Below are positions 9,805 to 19,825 of a DNA stretch of 56,775 nucleotides, piece by piece. The stretch is from IMG/VR virus record IMGVR_UViG_3300015360_000005, positions 1-56,775 of that record. The stretch is one strand, 5' to 3'. This stretch comes from a virus (Duplodnaviria; Caudoviricetes). A program made the position numbers and the translations under genes. Under the pieces are notes generated by a model. The model saw only the letters and a list, made by a program, of their open reading frames with translations, did not search any database and was not told the DNA's origin. Positions within the stretch are counted from its first letter, which is position 1, and the number at the start of each line of letters is the position of its first letter.

Positions 9805-10647
9805 ATGGCAGCGAAAAGAGTTCGTTCTTCAGGCAAGACTTATGGGGGGATCTGGTTCTCGCCACCTCGAAGCGTCAAGTTCTTCCCCGAAGATGATCAT
9901 AGTGGAACTCGCGGTGACGAGGACGACAAGAAAAAGAAAGACAACAAGCAGGACGACGATGATGATGACAAGGGTGAAGATCCGAAGGGAAAGAAGTTTT
10001 CCCAGGAACAGGTCGACCGCATCCTTGCCAAAGAGCGTCGCGAAGCAAACACGAAGCATCTCTCGGATACCGAGAAGCTTCTGGCGTCTAAGGACCTCTC
10101 TGAAAAGGAACGCCAGAAGCTCGAACAGCGCAAGACCGAGCTCGAAGACGCTCTGATGACTGAGAAGCAGCAGGCAGAGGAGAAGGTCCGAAAGCTCGAC
10201 AAGGACTGGAAAACAAAGTACGACGAAAAGGAGAACGCTGAGAAGCTTTGGAAACAACGCTTCGGGAAGAGTCTGATTCGTCGCACGATCATGGACGCTG
10301 CGAAAGCAGCAGGAGCACACGACGAGACCCAGATTCTCGATATGTTCGAGAATAAGGCCACGACCCGTGAGCTCCTTGGAGATGACTCCAAGCCGACTGG
10401 TGAATTCGAAGTTGTTATCGAGATCACTGAGAAGTCGGAAGACGGCAAGCAGACCAAGAAGGTACTGCCGATTGATAAGTACATCATGGAGGTTCATGCT
10501 GCACATGAAAAGAGCAAGAATCTCTATGATTCGAACCGCAAGGGCGGAACGGGAAGCCGTCCAGGTTCGAGCGGCGGGAAAGCCGGAGGACCGAAACTTA
10601 CCGCACGAGAAAGAATCGCACGAGGGTTAGCAGCAGGACAGGAATAA
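9805..10647 (+). CDS. Capsid scaffolding protein
   Basis: Acidic N-terminus, KKFSQEQVDRIL, coiled coil, GGTGS tail; directly before the capsid gene; AGGAG RBS before 9802/9805. Confidence 0.75.
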   Translation: MAAKRVRSSGKTYGGIWFSPPRSVKFFPEDDHSGTRGDEDDKKKKDNKQDDDDDDKGEDPKGKKFSQEQVDRILAKERREANTKHLSDTEKLLASKDLSEKERQKLEQRKTELEDALMTEKQQAEEKVRKLDKDWKTKYDEKENAEKLWKQRFGKSLIRRTIMDAAKAAGAHDETQILDMFENKATTRELLGDDSKPTGEFEVVIEITEKSEDGKQTKKVLPIDKYIMEVHAAHEKSKNLYDSNRKGGTGSRPGSSGGKAGGPKLTARERIARGLAAGQE

Positions 10648-10687
10648 CCTGTTCGTTGTTGACTCTCATCATTGGAGGAAGTGAACA

Positions 10688-11593
10688 ATGCCATTATTGA
10701 CTGCCGAAGCGGAGAAGCTCTCGCTGGATGATCTCCGTGCAGGGATCGTGGAAGAAATCGTTACCACGGACGAACTCTACTCGATCATGCCGTTCCGCCC
10801 TGTTGGTGGAAAGGCTTATCTCTACAATCGTGAAGCAACACTGTCCGAAGCGGATTTCGTCGACGTCGGCGATACCATTACGGAAGGTGCTGCAACATTC
10901 AATCCCATCACCCAGAAGTTGAAGCGTCTCGTGGGTGACGTGGACGTGGACGATTTCTTGGACGAGACAATGTCTGATCAGAATGATCAGACGGCGACTC
11001 AGATTTCCAAGAAGACGAAGGGAATCGCGCGCAAGTTCGCGCGCACGATGATCAACGGCAACGAGACCACGAACCCAAAAGAGTTCAATGGTCTGTTGCA
11101 GTTGTGTGTAACGGCGCAGAAGATCGAAGCAGGTGCGAACGGAGCAGCTCTGTCCTTCGCTCAGCTCGACGCTTTGCTCGATCTGTTGAAGACTCCGGGA
11201 CAGAAGGCGATCGTCATGAACTCCCGGACTCTGCGCTCGTACAACACGCTGTGTCGCGCTCTCGGCGGAACCACACCGGAGCATATCAACTGGCCGGGAG
11301 TCGTTGGTCCGATTCCCGCATATCGCGGCTTCCCCATCCTGAAGAATGATTACGTTCCGACGAATCAGGTTCAGGGCGGATCGGGCGCTGTGTGCACGAC
11401 TGTGTTCGGCGCTGTGCTGAATGAAGAAGAAGGCTTGTGCGGAATCCATACTCGCAAGAATATGGGAATCCACTACAAGCTGATCGGCACTGTCCAGAAC
11501 AAGGACGCGACCCGTCACCGTCTGCGCTGGTATGCGGCTCTGGCGCTCCACTCCACTTTGGCTCTCGCACAGATCTACGGAGTCAACAACTAA
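10688..11593 (+). CDS. Major capsid protein (HK97 fold)
   Basis: 301 aa; MPF..V.G..Y.YNRE, GDVDVDDFL, NPKEFNGL; position after scaffold. Confidence 0.88.
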   Translation: MPLLTAEAEKLSLDDLRAGIVEEIVTTDELYSIMPFRPVGGKAYLYNREATLSEADFVDVGDTITEGAATFNPITQKLKRLVGDVDVDDFLDETMSDQNDQTATQISKKTKGIARKFARTMINGNETTNPKEFNGLLQLCVTAQKIEAGANGAALSFAQLDALLDLLKTPGQKAIVMNSRTLRSYNTLCRALGGTTPEHINWPGVVGPIPAYRGFPILKNDYVPTNQVQGGSGAVCTTVFGAVLNEEEGLCGIHTRKNMGIHYKLIGTVQNKDATRHRLRWYAALALHSTLALAQIYGVNN

Positions 11594-11602
11594 CCTCTCT
11601 CT

Positions 11603-11636
11603 GTCGAGCTCTCCCAGAATCTTGGGAGAGCTCGGC
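11603..11636 (+). terminator. Strong hairpin after capsid gene
   Basis: GTCGAGCTCTCCCA-GAATCT-TGGGAGAGCTCGGC; no U-tract. Confidence 0.5.
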
Positions 11637-11669
11637 GTAGGAGTTACTTGCGACCTTGGGAGGAGTGCT

Positions 11670-12074
11670 ATGACAAACGAAGAAAAGGATACTGAGATTT
11701 CAAGACTCCGAGCCTCTGTATCGCGGCGGGATGAGAATGAACGGCGAGAGGTTATAACAAAGCTAGACGTTCTAACGACTCAAGTGCAACGGATGGAAAG
11801 TCACTGCGAAACAATTAACACTCACCTGAAGACTTTGCAAGGTGACGTGAAACAGTTGAAGATCGTTGTTTGTGGTGAGCCAGGAAAAGAAGACAAAGCA
11901 ATGACAACGCGATTAAAGAGCGTTGAGATAACGATCGTTGAAAATAATACCGAAGCTGTGGCTGCTTCAAACAAGAATGCGGAACGCAAATCTTGGGCCT
12001 TCCGCATGTCAGTCGGTGCTGCTTTCGTTTCACTCCTTGCATTGTGTAAGGACTGGATCTCAAGGCACTTTTAA
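11670..12074 (+). CDS. Coiled-coil protein with C-terminal transmembrane helix
   Basis: GGAGGAG RBS; heptad region then AFRMSVGAAFVSLLALC. Confidence 0.65.
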   Translation: MTNEEKDTEISRLRASVSRRDENERREVITKLDVLTTQVQRMESHCETINTHLKTLQGDVKQLKIVVCGEPGKEDKAMTTRLKSVEITIVENNTEAVAASNKNAERKSWAFRMSVGAAFVSLLALCKDWISRHF

Positions 12075-12102
12075 ACTCGCCCGAGAAGACAAGAGAAAAA
12101 GA

Positions 12103-12510
12103 ATGATTAAGGTGACAATAGGGATGGTGAACTACGATGGTCCCGCATCACGAATGAACTTTAAAGGTAGCGTAGCATTCACTAATCTACCTGCGGATCA
12201 CAACGATCTAGTGCGTCTCAAAGCACTTTATCCTGATACTAAATTTGAGGGATGCAGGGAAGAGGATGTACCTGAGGACATGAAGCCAAAGCCTGTGGAA
12301 GGGATTCCACTTGTAGCGGTCGCGTCTGCTCCAGTCGCTCCGAAAGTGGAATCCCTTGACGACGACGATCTGCCGGAAGTAGAAGCACAAAAGAAATCCA
12401 CTGACGACGATGATGAGGATTTCAAGTCGCTGCCGGAAGTGGAAGTCAATCCAAAGACGGCGAGGCGGATGGAAGAAATGGCTAAAGCGGCAGCTCCGGC
12501 TCCCCATTAG
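12103..12510 (+). CDS. Hypothetical protein with acidic low-complexity tail
   Basis: ORF with repeated DDDD..LPEVE. Confidence 0.6.
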   Translation: MIKVTIGMVNYDGPASRMNFKGSVAFTNLPADHNDLVRLKALYPDTKFEGCREEDVPEDMKPKPVEGIPLVAVASAPVAPKVESLDDDDLPEVEAQKKSTDDDDEDFKSLPEVEVNPKTARRMEEMAKAAAPAPH

Positions 12511-12631
12511 CCTGTGGGAGCCCTATACCCATACCCTATGGCAAAGGCCGAGGCAGCTCCGGCTCCCCATTAGCCTGTGGGAGCCTTATTTGCCATATTT
12601 GCCTTATACCCTAGGGTATGGGTATAGGCTC
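12489..12631. repeat. 34-bp direct repeat pair plus inverted repeat
   Basis: GGCAGCTCCGGCTCCCCATTAGCCTGTGGGAGCC at 12489-12522 and 12552-12585; 12518-12538 complementary to 12612-12631. Confidence 0.85.
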
Positions 12632-12664
12632 CTAGGCGGAGCCACAGGTAAAGGGGGTGGATTT

Positions 12665-13021
12665 ATGAATACTTTGGTCTTCTCTCCTCACACTGCGACG
12701 CGAATACGTCCTAAAGTTGAGAAGGGGGATGCGAACGAGACGTCATACGACTACGGGATTACAGCAACACAGAAGAAAAACATAAAAGGTCTGTACCAAA
12801 GTCGTCCCGGCGACATTACGTTGAATCTCAGAGGCGAGGACGTTCCCCTAATAGGGATTTTCTACACACGCGAAAAGGACTTCCAAGAGCATGATCAGCT
12901 GATAGTCGTAAGCGGTGACTTCGCTGGAACGTATTTAGTTCTTGGGACAGAAATAAAGCACATGGTTCACGGCGGATTTAGTCATGTGCAGATTTCTCTA
13001 GCGCGGAATGTGATACCATGA
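12665..13021 (+). CDS. Putative head closure protein
   Basis: Size, synteny, beta-rich; GGGGTGG RBS-like site before ATG 12665. Confidence 0.55.
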   Translation: MNTLVFSPHTATRIRPKVEKGDANETSYDYGITATQKKNIKGLYQSRPGDITLNLRGEDVPLIGIFYTREKDFQEHDQLIVVSGDFAGTYLVLGTEIKHMVHGGFSHVQISLARNVIP

Positions 13022-13440
13022 GTCAACCGTTTGTAAAGCTCTACGAAGAAGTTAAACGCGTTCTCTTCGCCGCGACTGCGATTACGACGCTCGTTGTTAA
13101 AGAGACAAACATCTACCCTGGAAATGACCCGCATGTTCCGGCGGAAGGACCCGTGATTGTCTTTGGGATCCCAAGTTCAAATTGGGACGCGAAAGCTCGC
13201 CGCGGAAATGGAGTGGTCGCTGTAATAGTAGGACATGAGCAAAACCGAATTGAGGCACAACGCATCCTGGATCTTGTACGCTCAGCGATTACAGCATCTT
13301 CGCTGACTTCCGCGGGTCGCGTGCGCGTACAGTTGTTCAAAGAAGACGACGGTGGATCAAAGGAATTGGATGGGCTCACAAATCGACGGCATGAGGTGTC
13401 GATTTCGTGGGTCTTGAAAATGGTTGACGGGACGGACTAG
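13018..13440 (+). CDS. Putative tail terminator/completion protein
   Basis: 140 aa, I..LV....IYP....P....P.IV pattern, synteny. Confidence 0.55.
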   Translation: MSQPFVKLYEEVKRVLFAATAITTLVVKETNIYPGNDPHVPAEGPVIVFGIPSSNWDAKARRGNGVVAVIVGHEQNRIEAQRILDLVRSAITASSLTSAGRVRVQLFKEDDGGSKELDGLTNRRHEVSISWVLKMVDGTD

Positions 13441-13442
13441 CA

Positions 13443-13931
13443 ATGGCGCGAGAAGTCTTTGTCAAGTTTGTGCATCATCCAGGAACGTCTGCTCAACCGT
13501 TTCTGGGTCCTGCACTGAAATTTGGCGAGAAGGCTCTCAAACGCTTAATCCCACAGGCAGTAACAAAGGTAATGAATGATCCGTCCGCGAAGAACAAACG
13601 CGTAGCAACACTGAAGAGGGAATTAACTGAGGAGCTAGATAGAGCAGTTCGAGTTGCAGCACTTGCGACGCAAGCATCTGCAATCAAGAGAACACCCGTC
13701 GCGAGTGGAAGGTTGCGTCAGAGTATTAACATACAGAAGCGTGACATAATGTTCTACACGGTTGGAACAAACGTTAAGTATGCGCGATGGGTTGAAGAGG
13801 GTACTCGACCGCATATCATTCGCGTGAAGAACAAGAAGGCGCTCCACTTCTTTATGAAGGACTCTACTGGAGCGAAGCAAAGGCGGAAGATCACAAGACT
13901 TACAAAGCAGGCAAAGAAAAAGAAGCGGTGA
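13443..13931 (+). CDS. HK97 gp10-like neck/tail component
   Basis: TPVASGRLRQSI and VGTNVKYARWVEEGTRPH motifs. Confidence 0.85.
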   Translation: MAREVFVKFVHHPGTSAQPFLGPALKFGEKALKRLIPQAVTKVMNDPSAKNKRVATLKRELTEELDRAVRVAALATQASAIKRTPVASGRLRQSINIQKRDIMFYTVGTNVKYARWVEEGTRPHIIRVKNKKALHFFMKDSTGAKQRRKITRLTKQAKKKKR

Positions 13932-13988
13932 ACCGTCAGGGCGGGACGCCTGAGTACAGTCCCAAAGACTCAATTGGAGGACAGGAAC

Positions 13989-14837
13989 ATGTCTGTGTCG
14001 TTAGCTCTTCCAGGCGGTTCACCCGCTCTATACACGATCGGTGGAACTCGCTTCTGGTTCAATCGTCTGTCCGACGCTTTGGCATCGCCAGTGCGATACG
14101 AAGGTTGGAAGGACATGGGAAACGTCGTCGACGACAACTTTGAAGAAGAGAAGGATGAGCTCCCTCATCACTCTTCGCGTCACGGCACTCGTAAGCGCGA
14201 TCGTAGCTTGCTGCGAGAAATAACCGAAGGCCTTATCATAACTCTCGACGAGTTGTCGTGTGAGAATCTCCGCAACTTCTTCCACGCAGGAGCAATCACG
14301 GAAGTCGCTCCCGGAGTAGGCACCGGATCCGTAGCGGCTGAAACGATGCAGATGCGGGGATTTGAGTACAACATCCTCGGCTATGGTTTCAACGCTGGTT
14401 CCATCGTTGTGAAGGATATCACTGGCGCAATTACGTATGTCTTGAACACCGACTACGAAGTACGCACGAATATCATTGGTGGATATTCTGCAATCTACCG
14501 TAAGGCAGGTGGAGCGATCCTGGAAGGTGATTTCATTCGTGTTGCGTACACGTATGACGTCAAGCAGCACCGAACCTTCGCTCCCGTCACGGCGAACGAA
14601 ATTCTCGGCAAGGGTATCTTCTTTGCAATCTCCGAGACTGGCGTTGAATGGGTTCGCGAGTTCACCAGCATGCAGTTGGAGCGTGAAGGCTCCATCGGCA
14701 TCAGCGACCAGGACTGGTCTTCGTTCCAGATGCGCGCTTTGATTCTGGACGACTCCGAAAACAATCCGACGATCCCGCACGGTATCTTCCGATACTACGG
14801 CGTCGGCAGCAAGATCTACAGTGGCGCCTCTGTTTAA
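13989..14837 (+). CDS. Major tail tube protein
   Basis: DMGNV, ITLDELS.ENL, Y..NTDY insertion; precedes chaperone and tape measure genes. Confidence 0.75.
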   Translation: MSVSLALPGGSPALYTIGGTRFWFNRLSDALASPVRYEGWKDMGNVVDDNFEEEKDELPHHSSRHGTRKRDRSLLREITEGLIITLDELSCENLRNFFHAGAITEVAPGVGTGSVAAETMQMRGFEYNILGYGFNAGSIVVKDITGAITYVLNTDYEVRTNIIGGYSAIYRKAGGAILEGDFIRVAYTYDVKQHRTFAPVTANEILGKGIFFAISETGVEWVREFTSMQLEREGSIGISDQDWSSFQMRALILDDSENNPTIPHGIFRYYGVGSKIYSGASV

Positions 14838-14844
14838 CCAACAT

Positions 14845-14874
14845 GGAGCGCCGAGTAATGTAGCTCGGCGCTCC
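14845..14874 (+). terminator. Hairpin after tail tube gene
   Basis: GGAGCGCCGAG...CTCGGCGCTCC. Confidence 0.5.
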
Positions 14875-14899
14875 CCAACCTCTTTCAAAGGAAAAGCAA

Positions 14900-15409
14900 A
14901 TGACAATAGACGATCGTTTAGCGCGTGCTCGCGCGCGTCGCTCAATCGACATCGAAGTCGCAGGCGAAAAGCTGAAGCTCTGGAAATGGAATCTTGACCA
15001 GACGCTCGCTCACACTTCGCTTCTCTTCGACGTGCTTAAAGGATTAGTCACAGACAAGAACCCTGACGCGATCAAGAAGTTCCTGAATGCGTCGACCGCG
15101 GAAATCCTCAAAAGGTATTCCAAGGAGCTTAAGGACTTGCTTGCAGACTCCATTACGAAGGAGAACTTCAAAGACAAAGCTGAGGCTCTCTTGTGGATCG
15201 AGGAAATCACTATCGAAGAGCTGATGGAGCTTCTCTTTGTAGTGTGGAAGGAGAACGTCGCCCCTTTCGCCGCGAGGCTGGGATTGGACCTCCCAGCCCT
15301 AAAAGAAAAAGTCCAAACGGGCATACGTTCAGTGACATCGTCGCAGTCCTCCTCGAAGCAGGACACGATCCTCACACCGTCTACTTTGGATACTCCCGAG
15401 AAGAAGTAG
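14900..15409 (+). CDS. Tail assembly chaperone (lambda G-like)
   Basis: Between tail tube and tape measure genes; overlapped by a -1 frame ORF. Confidence 0.7.
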   Translation: MTIDDRLARARARRSIDIEVAGEKLKLWKWNLDQTLAHTSLLFDVLKGLVTDKNPDAIKKFLNASTAEILKRYSKELKDLLADSITKENFKDKAEALLWIEEITIEELMELLFVVWKENVAPFAARLGLDLPALKEKVQTGIRSVTSSQSSSKQDTILTPSTLDTPEKK

Positions 15410-15645
15410 AGATTCACTGGGCCTCTGCAAAGCGCAGAGAGGCTCAACGGGTCCTGAATCAATTTGAAGTTGTCCATAACGCCGGATACGCCACTAAGAA
15501 AGCAAAGCAAGCGTTCTTGAAGAAGTGGGAAGGCGTTGAGAAACAAATCGACAAGGCTCTAGGCTACGAAGATCCAAAGAAGTCTAGTCCACTGATGAAG
15601 CGTTGGAAGAAGCGAGGACCTCCAAATGGCGGAGAGCGTAAGTGA
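15301..15645 (+). CDS. Tail assembly chaperone frameshift extension (lambda T-like)
   Basis: -1 frame is open 15193-15645 without a good start; TFSDIVAVLLEAGH...; A-rich tract at 15301-15311. Confidence 0.55.
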   Translation, partial: KRKSPNGHTFSDIVAVLLEAGHDPHTVYFGYSREEVEIHWASAKRREAQRVLNQFEVVHNAGYATKKAKQAFLKKWEGVEKQIDKALGYEDPKKSSPLMKRWKKRGPPNGGERK

Positions 15646-18600
15646 AGTCTTAGTGGGACTTGGCCTCCGGCCTGAAACGGTCGCTAAGTTTCTCGAAGAC
15701 GTAAAGTCCCACGTAGACACGGCAGGCTCTAAAGACATCAAGATCAACTTGTCGTCGAACGTTGCGCAGGAAGCAGCTAAGACACAGATCGCTCTTAAAG
15801 AGACTGGCGACGTTGGTGAGGCAGCAGGGAAGTCTATCTCTGACTCCTTCACGTCCGCTGCTGGAGTTCTAGGGAAAGTTTCTGCTGTACTAGGTATCCT
15901 GTCGGGCACCTTAATTGCTCTTATCGGAGCAGCGTCTTCGGAAGCTGCACAGGACGAGCAGGCTCTCAAGCGATTGAACGCTACGTTTGGTGAGTCAACA
16001 AGTGCAGCGGAAGCATTTACAAATCAACTGACCGAAGCAAATAAGCAACTGACAGGGAGCGCTGTACAAGAAGCTCTGTCACAGTTTGGACTCCTCGGCG
16101 GAGCACTAGGGTTATCCGCCGAAGAGTCCCTTAGCATGTCCAAGAACCTAACAAGTCTGGCTGCAAACATTGCAAAGGTTCGCGGTCTCAACTTTACAGA
16201 GGTCGTCGAAGGACTCAACAAAGCGTTCTTGAAAGGAGGCAAGGCAGCACTACGGATGGGTCTCGATCTCGAAGACACACGTCTAAAGGCTGAGGCAGTC
16301 CGACTTGGATTTCTCAACGTTGGAGGGAGTCTCGCTGACCTAAGCAATCAGCAGGAGACTCTGGCCAAGTTCAATGTGCTGATGGAGCAGGCAGGAACGT
16401 TTGCAGAGCGTGCAGCGGAAGCTCCACAGACCTTCTCCGAGTCCCTCACTGCATTGCGGTCTCAGATCTCAGAGCTCCTGAGTGACATTGGTGGAGGGAT
16501 CAACCAGACACTTCAGCCGTGGATCGATAAGATCACAGAGGTTGTGTCATCAATGCGCGAATGGGTACAAGAACATCCTAACGTTGGAAATGCACTGCTC
16601 GCGTTGACTGCACTACTAACACTCGCAGCGTCCGCGACTGCGACACTGGCTGTAGGGTTGATCGCAATTGTGAAACTCGGAGCCGCGTTTACGGCTCTAA
16701 GCGCAACGATCGCATCCTCTACGGCTGGAATGTTTGTGTTCAATACGTTGATTGGAGCGCTTGTGTCTTCCGCTGCTGCGACCGCTGGAGCGATTGGATT
16801 GGTCGGAGCCGCGATCCTTGCTGCTGTTGCAGTTGGAGCAGGTATTGGAACGCTCATCGATCACTTTGTAGGTATCTCGGATGCGATGGCAAAGGTCACC
16901 GCTGAAGAAGAGCGCCTGATCATTCAGATGGAGCGAATGGAGAAGGCTAATTTAAGTGCAGCTGATGCGTCGCTCACTCTGACAAAGGAAGAGCTTGAGA
17001 AGTCACGCACAATGAAGCTGACTTCGAAGCAGCTAGACACCTTGCTGATTGACACCCAGATCTACGCCAAGGAATTGAAGCTGCTCGCATCGTCGGAACA
17101 GGAAGCTGCACACTTCCTTGAGGAGTACAATCGCTTCTTGTTGGAGGGTCTAACTCCCTTTCAGGCACGCGCACAAGCGCTCAGTCAAGACGTGCGTCTG
17201 CTGGCGCTACACGAGCAAGCATTGGAAGGGAACACAACAAATCAAACTGAGTACAATAAACTCGTCGCGGAAGCTTCTGATGTCACTCTCGTCTCACTAG
17301 GTATTAAGCAACAGAGCGTGGAAGCTACGGTAGCAGAGACCGAAGCGGTTCGCGACTTTGCTAAGGAGACGGTAGACGCTGCTAAGGCTGCCAAAGACGC
17401 TGAGATCGACCTACAGAATCAGCGCGTTAAAAGCACAAAGACAATTGAGGACGACATTGCGCTCCTTAAAGAGCGAGCCGCTGCTGAGAATCGAAAGCTG
17501 ACGGGGAACTTTGATGCTCAGCGTGGTGTGGACAAGAAGCTTGCTATAGACATCCTTTCGTTACAGGAAGAAGAAGCGCGGAAGTCCGCAGAGAAGATTG
17601 CCGAAGACCAGCAGAAGGCAATCGAGGGCACCAAGAAGGCAAACGAAAAGGCAATGGACGAAGCGGTCAAGGCTGAAGACGCTCTCCTTGAGGCACGCGC
17701 TAAAGCAACAAAGGCACTCGATGACGATATTGAACTTCTGTTCAAGCGTGAAGAAGCGGAGCTTGCGAATGCCAAGACCGAAGAGCAGCGTGCTGCGATC
17801 ACCATTAAGTTCAACAACCAATTTAAAGCATTGGAGCAAGAGCTAGCTAAGCAGAAGATAGAAGACGAGAAGAAGATCCAGGACGCAGTTGAAGAGTCCG
17901 GTAAGGGAGCAGTAGATGCCGAAAACCGTTTAGCTTCGGCGCGTGCTTCGGCTACTGATACGCTCCAGGACGACATTGACTTGATGCATGTGCGTCAGGC
18001 TGAAGAGCTGAAGCTTGCCAAGAGTGAAGAAGAGCGCGCTAACATTAAGCGCAAGTTCTTGGCCGACGAAAAGAAACTAGTCGAGGATTTAGTTCGCAAG
18101 CAAGCTGCGGACGTTGCTTCGCGGTCGAAGTCTTTGCAGGACTTCATCGGTCAGGTAAACAATACCACACTGCGTCGAACCGGACGAGGCTCTGAGGCGG
18201 ATGTCAAAGACACGTCGAAGGGTCTGCAAGACCAGATAAAGAACATTACTGACGACACACATCTGAAGGAGTTCAAGAAGACCGCGGAAGAGGCGTTCGG
18301 CAACACACTGGCCGACGGTGCTGAGAAAGCAAAAGAAGCCGCGAAAGGTGTACGCGAGGCTGAGAAAGCGCTAAAGGACGCTAACAGAGCAGCTGATCCT
18401 AAAGCGCGTGCCGCTGCTAAGACTCAGCTTGCGGACGCACTGGCGGAGCAGCAGACGGTCCAGAAGCAAAATGTCGCCGCCGAACAGCTTGCTCAGGAAG
18501 AGTTCAAGAAGACCATTAAGCTGGCTGAAGAGCAAGCAAAGAAGGAGGCAGCAAAGAAGAAGGAACTCGCTGACCTCGCTGAAGAGCAAGCTGACCCCGC

Positions 18601-18979
18601 TGCTGGCAAGGCAGGTGGAGCCGACGCTGCGGGAGCCGTTGCTAATGCACAGGACGCAGTACAACAGGACGCGTTTAAGGCTGGCGTAGACGCACTACAA
18701 GCTCAGATCGAAACGGTACTAGGTGCTATCAATGAAGCAGCGGCTGGAGTGGCGGAAGTGTTCCCTACCATTACGTCCGCGATTGAGGATATGGCGATCG
18801 CTCAACAAACGTTCGCAGAGAGCTTCCAAGACTTTGGCGACGTGGTAACTGCTAAGCTCCAAGAGACGGCTGACACGTTTAATGTAGTAGCTGGACGCCT
18901 CGATGAGCAGGCAGCGGCTCTCGCTGACCTAGCAATAGGTGATGCACTGCGTGAAGACGCAGACAATCAAGGGCTCTAA
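15626..18979 (+). CDS. Tape measure protein
   Basis: 1117 aa, Ala-rich helical, central hydrophobic segment, coiled-coil repeats (..DDI.L). Confidence 0.9.
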   Translation: MAESVSEVLVGLGLRPETVAKFLEDVKSHVDTAGSKDIKINLSSNVAQEAAKTQIALKETGDVGEAAGKSISDSFTSAAGVLGKVSAVLGILSGTLIALIGAASSEAAQDEQALKRLNATFGESTSAAEAFTNQLTEANKQLTGSAVQEALSQFGLLGGALGLSAEESLSMSKNLTSLAANIAKVRGLNFTEVVEGLNKAFLKGGKAALRMGLDLEDTRLKAEAVRLGFLNVGGSLADLSNQQETLAKFNVLMEQAGTFAERAAEAPQTFSESLTALRSQISELLSDIGGGINQTLQPWIDKITEVVSSMREWVQEHPNVGNALLALTALLTLAASATATLAVGLIAIVKLGAAFTALSATIASSTAGMFVFNTLIGALVSSAAATAGAIGLVGAAILAAVAVGAGIGTLIDHFVGISDAMAKVTAEEERLIIQMERMEKANLSAADASLTLTKEELEKSRTMKLTSKQLDTLLIDTQIYAKELKLLASSEQEAAHFLEEYNRFLLEGLTPFQARAQALSQDVRLLALHEQALEGNTTNQTEYNKLVAEASDVTLVSLGIKQQSVEATVAETEAVRDFAKETVDAAKAAKDAEIDLQNQRVKSTKTIEDDIALLKERAAAENRKLTGNFDAQRGVDKKLAIDILSLQEEEARKSAEKIAEDQQKAIEGTKKANEKAMDEAVKAEDALLEARAKATKALDDDIELLFKREEAELANAKTEEQRAAITIKFNNQFKALEQELAKQKIEDEKKIQDAVEESGKGAVDAENRLASARASATDTLQDDIDLMHVRQAEELKLAKSEEERANIKRKFLADEKKLVEDLVRKQAADVASRSKSLQDFIGQVNNTTLRRTGRGSEADVKDTSKGLQDQIKNITDDTHLKEFKKTAEEAFGNTLADGAEKAKEAAKGVREAEKALKDANRAADPKARAAAKTQLADALAEQQTVQKQNVAAEQLAQEEFKKTIKLAEEQAKKEAAKKKELADLAEEQADPAAGKAGGADAAGAVANAQDAVQQDAFKAGVDALQAQIETVLGAINEAAAGVAEVFPTITSAIEDMAIAQQTFAESFQDFGDVVTAKLQETADTFNVVAGRLDEQAAALADLAIGDALREDADNQGL

Positions 18980-18982
18980 CAA

Positions 18983-19795
18983 ATGGCGATTCGTAACTGG
19001 CGATTCGTAACTGGAGGCATCACTTACACGAGTGGTGACACGGACCTGTTCGTTAAGTATGGACAGTCGGGCGACCCTCCGATCTTCAACGTCTTTGTGT
19101 CCTCCGTGTGGGAACGCGCAGAGGGAGCGAGCTGGCGTATAAAGCGTAAGGTCATTGAAGACAGAATGGAAGCTCTTGCAGGTGCGCAAGGCAAGACCGG
19201 AACATTGACGATCGACGTTGGGATCGTAGGGTATGAGAAGTCTTTCTCAAACATCAAGTTGGAGTCATGTGAGCCTACACAGTACGACAACAACTTGATG
19301 GTCGAGTACGACTTGGTCTTTGGCTATCTGCCTCTTGGAAACGTCGCACGCCGTCTGTTGCTTACACAGTACGACAACGGCACAGGTGAACCATTAGGCA
19401 CAACGACCATGATCAACACAGACGTTATGTTGATCTATCATGATCCTCCGGTGGACAACACTATGTTCGTCAAGCCTTGGAGAAACATTCCGATCCGTGT
19501 GCCGGACGCTCCGGGTCTTTCGACGATTCGCTGCACTGGAATCAAAGCACAGATCGCAACACAGTCTCCAGACACGGCGCTGAAACGACGCCGTGCTGTG
19601 GAAGAGCTCATCCGTAGTATGGCGACACTAAAGGGTAAGCAGTACACATTGACCATAGACGGCAACGAGGCAACAAATCCGACTCCGTTAGTGATCGCAA
19701 CATACTGTCATCTGTCGGACATCGTAGTCAGCAAGATCGATCTACCGGATGCTGCTGTCTTCGATATGATCTTTTTCACTGGATACGGACAGTAG
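18983..19795 (+). CDS. Putative distal tail protein
   Basis: Directly after tape measure; synteny only. Confidence 0.5.
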   Translation: MAIRNWRFVTGGITYTSGDTDLFVKYGQSGDPPIFNVFVSSVWERAEGASWRIKRKVIEDRMEALAGAQGKTGTLTIDVGIVGYEKSFSNIKLESCEPTQYDNNLMVEYDLVFGYLPLGNVARRLLLTQYDNGTGEPLGTTTMINTDVMLIYHDPPVDNTMFVKPWRNIPIRVPDAPGLSTIRCTGIKAQIATQSPDTALKRRRAVEELIRSMATLKGKQYTLTIDGNEATNPTPLVIATYCHLSDIVVSKIDLPDAAVFDMIFFTGYGQ

Positions 19796-19825
19796 TTCAC
19801 AAACTAAATAAAGGGGAACCTAACA

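Noticed and set aside
5797-18664. Minus-strand ORFs such as 10694-11551 and 14028-14945
   Set aside because: Shadows of well-supported + strand genes with no motifs.
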